DNA from: Calditrichaceae bacterium
Lineage (GTDB): Bacteria; Calditrichota; Calditrichia; RBG-13-44-9; J075
Direction: 5' to 3'
Assembly: GCA_013360445.1 (NCBI GenBank)
Contig: JABWBP010000001.1
Location: 1-64,000, forward strand
DNA: 64,000 nt
Shown here: positions 9,061 through 16,900 of the stretch, piece after piece
How the letters are laid out: each line of letters starts with the position of its first letter
How positions within the stretch are numbered: the stretch's first letter is position 1
Notes under the pieces: model-generated
What the model was told of the DNA's origin: nothing
Seen by the model: only the letters and a program-made list of their open reading frames with translations
The model's database searches: none
Translations under genes and position numbers: made by a program

Positions 9061-10578
9061 TCAATGGGAATGCGCCCCGCCGACCGGGTCGAACTCGCTC
9101 CAGCCCCGGCCATCAAAGCGCAGGGCGCCCCGGGCGTGCTCTAAATAAAGCCGGTGGAGCGGGGTACGGAGATCTTCCGGGATGGTTTCCGGGGGTGATT
9201 TTTCCGGGTGGAAACGCAGGTGCAGCACTTCGGGGTGCGGGGCCAGCGCGGTTTTTCGTTCCGCGGGCAGGTTGATCAATTCTTTTTCCATCAGCATCCA
9301 AAGGAGTTGTTGAAAACCTTCTTCTTCCTGGTGGATGCCTTTTTGCCCCAATTCTTGCAGGGAATGGGTAATTTGCGCGGGCGTGTAACCGCAGCGGGCG
9401 GGATCGGCGCCGAGCGCCTTGAGCATTCCCACGATGCGGCGGCATTTCTCGCACCTGCCGCAGGGATGCACCCGCTCGCCTTTTTTGTGAGCGGCGTGGC
9501 AAGAAACCTGCTGCGCCTGCAAGTGCGGGTAGCGCTCTACCAGGATTTTCTCGATCAGCAGCTCCGAGAGCGGGCGCAGCAGGGAAAACTGCCGGATGCC
9601 CCAGCCTTTTTGCCGGAAATAAGCGCTCAGCGCCTCGTCGAAGTAGCGGCTCTGGTCGTACAGCCCGTCGTAGTGCGCGATGCCGCGGAAATTCTCCCGC
9701 ACCGTGGTATCGTATTCGTCGCCGATGATCAAACGCCCGAGGCCCCGCTTGCGCATCAACGGCAGCGCCCCGAAGAGGAACACCGCCACGGTCCAGAGGC
9801 GGATGGGGTACATATCCGCCCGCAGCCGGGCAAAATCCGGGCGAATGAAGGGAAGATGGCGCTTCATCCGGGAAAATACCCGGTCGCTGTTCATCCACAC
9901 CCGCCCGGTGTTGGGGACGTTGGCCTTGAAGTAGCGGTAAGCGTTGAGGGCGGTGAACCAGTGCCGCCCGGATTCGTTCCCGAAGACCGGGTGAGCTTCG
10001 CAGCCCAACTCGTTCAGCAGTCCGAAGCTGAGCAGGCTGTCTTTTCCGCCGCTGGAGAGCACCAGGTAGCGGGATAGGGATTTTCGATTTTCGATTTTTG
10101 ATTTGCGATTTCCTATTTTCGGATTTCGGGTTGCAGATTCTTCATCGGGGAAAAGCAGCTTCGACTGCAAGTAGCTTTTGGGGCGGATTACCGGCAGATT
10201 TGCCGCTTCGCCGATCAAGAAAGGGTTGGGGTGCAGAAACTTCTTCACGTAGATTTCGCAGGCGGTGTTATCGGCCATTTCGATCAAAAACTGCCGGTCG
10301 GCGCCATCGTAGCTGCCGCGGAAAACGATCTCCTCGCAGAACAGGCCGTAGTTGAGCGCTACCTGGGCGGCAATCATATCCGCCAGGTTCTGCGCACCCG
10401 GGTCGGCGGGATCGAACACCGGCTCTTCGTAGCGGTAGATTAAGTCGATGGAATCGGTTTTGCCGTTTCTGATAACCGTGTACGGCGCCACCAGCCGTTT
10501 CGCCTCCAGCCCCACCGGCCCGATTTCCAGGCGGTCGATCACTTTTAGTTGGGAAAGAGGATGGTCAGTTCGATTCAT
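9061..10578 (-). CDS. PP-loop ATP pyrophosphatase superfamily (adenine-nucleotide alpha-hydrolase) enzyme with a ~170-aa N-terminal extension and a C-terminal Cys cluster
   Basis: Contains LVLSSGGKDS (the SGGxDS PP-loop) and the C-terminal HPCGRCEKCRR (CxxCxxC), as in TtcA, QueC or amidotransferase-like members. I cannot assign a specific family from sequence alone. Confidence 0.65.
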   Translation of the reverse strand: MNRTDHPLSQLKVIDRLEIGPVGLEAKRLVAPYTVIRNGKTDSIDLIYRYEEPVFDPADPGAQNLADMIAAQVALNYGLFCEEIVFRGSYDGADRQFLIEMADNTACEIYVKKFLHPNPFLIGEAANLPVIRPKSYLQSKLLFPDEESATRNPKIGNRKSKIENRKSLSRYLVLSSGGKDSLLSFGLLNELGCEAHPVFGNESGRHWFTALNAYRYFKANVPNTGRVWMNSDRVFSRMKRHLPFIRPDFARLRADMYPIRLWTVAVFLFGALPLMRKRGLGRLIIGDEYDTTVRENFRGIAHYDGLYDQSRYFDEALSAYFRQKGWGIRQFSLLRPLSELLIEKILVERYPHLQAQQVSCHAAHKKGERVHPCGRCEKCRRIVGMLKALGADPARCGYTPAQITHSLQELGQKGIHQEEEGFQQLLWMLMEKELINLPAERKTALAPHPEVLHLRFHPEKSPPETIPEDLRTPLHRLYLEHARGALRFDGRGWSEFDPVGGAHSH

Positions 10579-10672
10579 GCGGTTGATATACCACGTTTGA
10601 TGAATACGTTGGGTTTAGCGTAAAATGATGATCTTTGACAAATGAATCGGGCTACCCTTGTTCTAAGCACCC

Positions 10673-10692
10673 TGTCAAACTGAAGTTTGACA
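10673..10692. promoter_or_regulatory. 20-bp palindrome TGTCAAAC-tgaa-GTTTGACA, copy 1, upstream of the PP-loop gene
   Basis: Sequence is exact at 10673-10692. It sits about 80 bp upstream of the PP-loop gene start, in the gap after the DUF1611 stop. Confidence 0.6.
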
Positions 10693-10747
10693 CTCCTGGT
10701 TTCTTCTGCTACTCGAAACTGGTAACCCAAAACTCGTAATTCGCAAC

Positions 10748-11824
10748 TTACTTTGCCAGATACGGCTTCAGCACTTCCACCAACTCCCCCGCCCCGAATT
10801 TGAGCACGTCAAATGCCGGCAGGCCCACGGCTTTCTGGATCGCGTCGCAAACTAAGGGAATTTGCTCGTTGGGCAAGTCTTCGTGGTTGATGGTGATCGC
10901 TGCCACGGGTTTGCCGGAGAGCAATTCGACCACCTGGATTTGCTTCGCCAGGGGATGGATGGGATAGCCGGGGAACCCGTCGTAATCCCTGCGCGCCGGG
11001 GCGTGCTGCAGAATGACCAGGTCCGGGCGTCCCCCGGCGAGAATCTCGAATCCCCCGGGATAGGCGGGGTTCATCAAGCTGCCCTGCCCTTCGATGACGA
11101 TCACCTCCGGCTGCGCCTCTTTCCAGGCGCTCCAGACCACGTGTTCGATCTCCCCGGAAACGAAATCGTTGACCAGCGAATCCATGATGACGCCGTAGCG
11201 CGCCCCCTGCATCCAGGCGGTCTGGCCGGTGCCCACCATCTCCGCTTTGTAGCCCGCCTCTTCCAGCGCCTGCACCAACAGCCAGGCGGTGGTGCGCTTG
11301 CCCACCGCGGAATCGGTTCCTAACAAGGCGATTTTCAAAGAAGCAACCTGCTCGATCTTGCCGCTGAAGAAATGCAAATTCTCCCGCGCCGGGGGTTTGC
11401 GCACGTCGCGGATGGCCGCGCCGGATTGCTGTGCAAGCTGCACAATTTCTTTATCTTCAGACAAAAAGTCGTGCAGCCCGGAATCCACGTTCAAGCCCAG
11501 GCGGAGCGCTTTTTTCACGTCATCCCGGGCGGCCAGGCTCAGGCGGCCCCCGTCCGGCGCCAAACCGATTACAAAATTGTTGGCGGGAGCGCCCCGCTCC
11601 TGCCCCAATTGAACGGCCTCCTCCAGGGTTGCGCATACCGGAATGTCTTTTTCCCGGCCGTCTAACACCTTCCCGGCGTCGCGGCCTTTGTAGCGGGAAT
11701 CGATCACCGCGATGACGTTATAGCGCCGGGTGAAGCGCACCAGCCCGTGGGCGGTTTTTCCGTTGGGAGTATTGAACGCGCCTTCACAGTACACAATCGC
11801 GTTGCCGTCAATTGCATTACTCAT
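10748..11824 (-). CDS. DUF1611-family protein (DgcN-like; frequent genomic partner of dipeptide epimerases)
   Basis: Conserved DUF1611 blocks IALLGTDSAVGKRTTA and VIVIEGQGSLMNPAYPGGFEIL. Start is placed at MSNAIDG (ATG 11822-11824) with aggaga upstream. The track start at 11881 is a TTG codon inside the palindrome. Confidence 0.7.
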   Translation of the reverse strand: MSNAIDGNAIVYCEGAFNTPNGKTAHGLVRFTRRYNVIAVIDSRYKGRDAGKVLDGREKDIPVCATLEEAVQLGQERGAPANNFVIGLAPDGGRLSLAARDDVKKALRLGLNVDSGLHDFLSEDKEIVQLAQQSGAAIRDVRKPPARENLHFFSGKIEQVASLKIALLGTDSAVGKRTTAWLLVQALEEAGYKAEMVGTGQTAWMQGARYGVIMDSLVNDFVSGEIEHVVWSAWKEAQPEVIVIEGQGSLMNPAYPGGFEILAGGRPDLVILQHAPARRDYDGFPGYPIHPLAKQIQVVELLSGKPVAAITINHEDLPNEQIPLVCDAIQKAVGLPAFDVLKFGAGELVEVLKPYLAK

Positions 11825-11875
11825 ACGATTCTCCTGGTGTACCTTTGGGTTTGCAAGCGCTGAGGCTTTTAGGAG

Positions 11876-11895
11876 TGTCAAACTTTAGTTTGACA
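11876..11895. promoter_or_regulatory. 20-bp palindrome TGTCAAAC-ttta-GTTTGACA, copy 2, inverted flank orientation, ~50 bp upstream of the DUF1611 start
   Basis: ggagtgtcaaactttagtttgacagc. Its flank ggagtg is the inverse of the cactcc flank of copies 1 and 3. Confidence 0.6.
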
Positions 11896-12228
11896 GCGGC
11901 CGATCCCGGATCGTCGCATCGGCGTAAAACCTCAGACTATTTGCCAGCAATTTCAGGCCGCACTCGTTCCCAAACTCTGTTTGGGAACGGAATCATTCCC
12001 GAAACTCTGTTTCGCTTCCCGGTAAACAAGCCGCATGCTGCGCAATTCATGTTCTCGAAACAAAGTTTCGAGTGTTAGTGCGTTCCTATCCCGGCTAAGC
12101 CGGGATGAGAACGAGACTGGTAGTCGAATGTTCACCGAAACCGCTCAGGTTTACGCCTATGCGGACCGCCAGGATACCAACAGCGCAGGATCGTGAAAGT
12201 TGATAAAACAATCATATCCCTGCGGTCT

Positions 12229-12248
12229 TGTCAAACTGAAGTTTGACA
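12229..12248. promoter_or_regulatory. 20-bp palindrome TGTCAAAC-tgaa-GTTTGACA, copy 3
   Basis: cttgtcaaactgaagtttgacactcc, identical to copy 1 including the flank. It lies between the ThrC-like stop and the DUF1611 start. Confidence 0.6.
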
Positions 12249-12310
12249 CTCCGGCGTTGCTTTCCTTTTTCCTCTTGCCTTTTTCCTTTTCCCCTTGACA
12301 GCCAGCCGGA

Positions 12311-13429
12311 TCACGACTTCCTCCCGGTCAGGAGCACTACGTAGCGGTCGTTGGGCAGGGGTTGCTGGCGGTGCTGCTCTACTAAGGCGATCAATCCCGC
12401 GGTGGAGGCGGGCAGTACGTTCAAACCCTCCCGCTCGCGGAGCATTTTGGAAAAGACCAGCATGTTCTTATCGCTGGCGTTGGCCGCCCAGCCGTTGGTC
12501 TGGCGGATGGCCGCCAGCGCGTAGTCCCCGTCGATGGAGTGCCAGTTGATCAGCGGCTCGTTGATCATGGTTTCCCGGATTTGCTGCGGGGCGAGATCTT
12601 CGCAAGTGGGCGTATTCTTCAAAAACGCCTGCACAATGGGATTTTTGTTATAAGAAGAACCTGCCACCATTTTGGGGATGCGGGAGGTCTTCCCGCGGCG
12701 GTAGAGGCTGACAAATCCGCGGTAAACCCCCGCTAAGGTAGTGCCGTTGGAGACCGGGGCGACCACCACCGCCGGGGCGTCGCTCAATTCGTCGTAGATT
12801 TCGTAGGCGATCTCCCCGTAGCTTTTCAATTGCAAGGGGGTATTGGCGCCCCCGGGATTGGCGTCGTAAACCTCGTTTTTCTCCGCGTATTCCTGGGAGG
12901 CGTACACCGCCGCCTCATAATCGCCGGGCACACGCAGGATTTCCGCCCCTAAGTCGGTCATTTCCTTTACCCGCCCGGTGCGGAATTCTTCGGGGATGAA
13001 CACCACGCAGCGCAGCCCCGCCACCGAGGCGGCCAGGGCCATGGCTACCCCGTAGTTGCCGCAAGTGGCCATGGTGATGGTATCGAAATTCCGGCGCAGG
13101 GCATCCATGGCCTGGGCAAAAGCGATGCGGTCTTTCTGGGTTCCGGTAGGATTGCCGCCTTCGAATTTGAGGTACAATTGCCGGAACCCGAATTCCCGCT
13201 CGATATTGCGCGCCCGGCTGAGGGTAGTATCGCCCACTTCGCACTCGAAAACGTCCTCGTAGGCTTCCAACCGTTCTTCTAAGTCGCGGGAGCGATCCGA
13301 GGCGATCTTCCACTGGTCTTCGATCTCCCGGGCCACCAGGGCAATCTCGCCCTCCGCGCCGTCGAGCAGATCGATGAGTTTTTCGTTATCTATTTGCGGA
13401 TCGTTTTGCGGCTTCGGGACGTTCTCCAT
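12311..13429 (-). CDS. PLP-dependent fold-type-II enzyme, threonine-synthase-like
   Basis: GGNPTGTQKDR matches the PLP-lysine region of threonine synthases (LNPTGSFKDR), followed by a Gly-rich PLP phosphate loop. About 70 aa of acidic N-terminal extension. Confidence 0.7.
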   Translation of the reverse strand: MENVPKPQNDPQIDNEKLIDLLDGAEGEIALVAREIEDQWKIASDRSRDLEERLEAYEDVFECEVGDTTLSRARNIEREFGFRQLYLKFEGGNPTGTQKDRIAFAQAMDALRRNFDTITMATCGNYGVAMALAASVAGLRCVVFIPEEFRTGRVKEMTDLGAEILRVPGDYEAAVYASQEYAEKNEVYDANPGGANTPLQLKSYGEIAYEIYDELSDAPAVVVAPVSNGTTLAGVYRGFVSLYRRGKTSRIPKMVAGSSYNKNPIVQAFLKNTPTCEDLAPQQIRETMINEPLINWHSIDGDYALAAIRQTNGWAANASDKNMLVFSKMLREREGLNVLPASTAGLIALVEQHRQQPLPNDRYVVLLTGRKS

Positions 13430-13447
13430 GATGCTCCTCCATTAATT

Positions 13448-13625
13448 ATAGAACTGATGTTACGCATTTTCACACAGAGGCACAAAGATCACAGAGTTTT
13501 GACCAACATTTTCAAATTTGGATTTCTCAAAGTGCTCTAAAACTTACTGAATGTTTGAGTTTCTCTGTGCCTTCTGTGTCTCTCTGGTTAATTTTTTCAA
13601 CCCGCGTAACATCAGTTATAGAAAA
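13448..13625. mobile_element. MITE-like element copy B, same family and orientation as 6428-6640
   Basis: Termini gaactgatgttacgcatttt and gcgtaacatcagttatag, with internal cacagag/ctctgtg repeats. Together the two copies bracket the five-gene minus-strand cluster 6645-13429. Confidence 0.65.
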
Positions 13626-13905
13626 CTCAACCCCTTCCGTAGCCGGCGCTCGGGCGCTCCCCCCGGGAGAAGTTCGTGCTCCCCGGGGACTTACGGTGAG
13701 TATAACACCCCCAATCTCACCGGTGCAAGGAAAGATTTTCCTTTGTTGGGAAAGGGACAAGCCACTTCTTCGGAGCACTCCTGTTGTGCAATTTGACATG
13801 CGCCTTCACCCGGAGCCGGAAAGTATTTGGATTTGCAGAACTTGCAAAAATTCCTTATTATCGACTGTCGCCAAATAAAAAGCAGTGAACTACGGAGGAG
13901 TTTTC

Positions 13906-16900
13906 ATGGCCGGGGCAAAAAAATTCGGCGCCTTCAGCGGAGTGTTCACCCCTTCCATTCTGACCATTCTCGGCGTGATCATGTACCTGCGCCTGCCCTG
14001 GATTACCGGCCAGGCGGGGTTGTGGAGCACTATTGCGATTGTGCTGGTCGCCCACCTGATTTCGGTCACCACGGGTTTGAGCGTTTCCTCCATTGCCACG
14101 GACAAGAAAGTGAAAGCCGGGGGAAATTATTATATCATTTCCCGCAGCCTGGGCCTGCCCATCGGGGGAATGCTGGGATTGGCGTTGTTCGTGGGCCTCT
14201 CTTTCAGCGTGAGCCTTTATTTGATCGGCTTCTCGGAGAGCCTGCTGGCGGCGCTGGGGATGGAAATCACCCCCAACACCATCCGCATTTCCGGCACCAT
14301 TGCGCTGTTAGCGCTCACCACCATCACCTTTATCAGCACCGCCCTGGCCCTCAAGACCCAGTTTTTCGTGCTGGCCATGATCGTGCTCTCGCTGATCTCG
14401 GTATTACTGGGAAGCCACGATTTAGTCCCCGCGCAGCCGCATTTCAATTCGTTGCCGGGCGCGCCCTCCTGGATGGTGCTGTTCGGAATTTTTTTCCCCG
14501 CGGTTACCGGGTTCGAGGCCGGGGTGTCCATGTCCGGGGACCTGAAGGACCCCAAAAGATCCATTCCCGCGGGCACCATCAGCGCAATAACGGTGGGTCT
14601 GTTGGTGTACCTGGGCCTGCCGTTTTTCTTCGCTTATACCGTGGATGCCAACGCCCTGGCCAACGATACCAACGTGCTGCTAAAGATCGCCTATGTGCCC
14701 ATCCTGGTAACCATCGGCATCCTGGCGGCCACCTTCTCTTCCGCCATGGGCAGCATTTTAGGCGCGCCCCGCATCCTCCAGGCCACCTCGGTGGATCGCA
14801 TCACCCCGAAATTTTTCGCCAAAGGTCACGGCAGGGAAAACGAGCCGCGCAACGCCCTGCTGCTCACCTTCCTGATCGCCGAGGGCGGCATCCTGCTGGG
14901 GGAATTGAATCTCATCGCCCGCATCGTTTCGATGTTCTTCATTACCACCTACGGATTTCTGAATATGAGCTGCGCCCTGGAAAGCTGGGCTAGCGCGGAT
15001 TTCCGCCCGGAGTTCAAAATTCCCCGGGTAGTGAGCGTTATCGGCTCCCTGGCCTGTTTTATCGTAATGATCCAACTGGATTTCCTGGCCATGATCGGCG
15101 CAACCGTGGTGATGGGAGCGATTTTTGTGTCCCTGAAGCGCAAAGAGCTGACCCTGGAGTCCGGCGACACCTGGGAAGGGGTGTGGTCCTCCGTGGTGCG
15201 TTCCGGGTTGTACCGGCTTACCCACGAAATTCCCCACCCGCGCAACTGGCGCCCCAATATCATTCTGTTCAGCGGGGGGGTTTCCGCCCGGCCTTACCTG
15301 GTGCAGTTGGGAAAATGGCTCATCTACAAACGCGGGGTGCTGTCCGATTTTGAGCTGCTGGAATCCCCTCCGAAGGAGTCTTCGACGGCGCGCAAAGGGC
15401 TGCCTCCCAAATCCCACCAGGTGGTTGTCGATAAATCGCACGGCCCCGGTATTTTCACCCGCAGGCTGGCGGTAGAGGATATTTACCAGGGGATGGAAAA
15501 TGTCTGCCAGTTTTACGGTTTTTCGGGGATGGAACCGAATACGGTGATGATGGGCTGGGCCAGGAACGCCCAAAGCCCGGAAAAATTTTCCCGTCTCATC
15601 TCCCACCTTCACCAGTTGGATTATAACGTGCTGCTGTTAGATTACGACCGGGAGCGGGGTTATGGCGATCACAAACAGGTGGATATCTGGTGGCGGGGAT
15701 GGGGCAACAACCTCTCCCTGGCCCTGGCGCTGGTGCGTTTTCTGCTCTCCACGGATGAATGGGAAAAAACTGCGGTGCGCATCCTGATCGTGAACAACGC
15801 GGATGCCCTGACCGGCGCAATTCGCAAAAATATGCAGCGGGTATTGGAGGAATACCGCATAGAAGCGGAAGTGAAAGTGATCCAGAACGGCATCGAGCAG
15901 CGGCCCTTCGAGGAGATTATCAAAGTGGAATCGAAGGAAGCGGATCTGGTAATTTTGGGCCTGCCGGAATTCACGCCCGACAAAGCGCTGCCGTTCGTGC
16001 AGCGGATCGATGCTATCGTCGGTGAATTAGGCTCGATTCTGTTGATCTGGGCTTCTTCGTATTTCAAAGAAATTTACGTCGGCATCGAAAGCGCCGCGCC
16101 GGCCCCGGCGAGGACGCCGGAAACAGCCGCCGGGGAGTTCTCCCTGCCGGAATTGGCGCTGCCGGAGGACGAACGGATCGCCCCGTTGCTGGCGGAGCTG
16201 GATTCCCGGATGGCGGATATCCTCTCCCGCTACCGGGATGAATTTTTAAAGCGCGTGGAAAAATCCGAAACCGGGCTGATCGATGATCTTGGACGGCTAT
16301 CGGAGCAAATTTTCGGCAACCTGGACAAATATTTCGATGAAGAAGACCCCCAGCGCAGCCGGAAGTTGATCAATCGCAGCCACAGCGACTTTTTGTTCCA
16401 GAGCCAGCAGATATTAACGGAATTTCAACAAAAACGGCTTTCCGGGCAAAAAGAGGCGCTGGAAGAAGGCGCCGCCTGGCTGCTGCAGGAAATCGAGGCG
16501 CTGATCGCTGCCGGGCCGGAGCAGCTCACCGTGTTCTATGAATCTGCCCGGGTGCAGCCGGATCCGCAGGATCGCCTTTCCCTTAAATTTCTGAAGTTCC
16601 GCAAACGGATGCGCGCCCGGCTTACCGGCAAACCGGTTTCCCGGGCGGTGCGCCTGCAATCGCTGCTGAAATACTACCTGCAATTCAAGCTCCCGCAACA
16701 CTGGTATGCGGAGTTGGAAAAAGCGGCGGTTTGCGATTACCAGGGTATTGCCGAGGTTCAAAAACTGATCCACTCCCTGCGGGAAGGGCTGCTGCGCATC
16801 GAATACCGCCAGGCGCCGGAGAATTTGGCCGGGGAAGATATTTCCGCGGAACGGCAGAAAGCCGAAAAGCAGCTTGCCCTGCTCCGGAATACCGTTCGCG

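Noticed and set aside
8887-9144. 85-aa ORF inside the GTCATT repeat block
   Set aside because: It lies entirely within repeat DNA with no RBS. Its translation reflects the repeat units.
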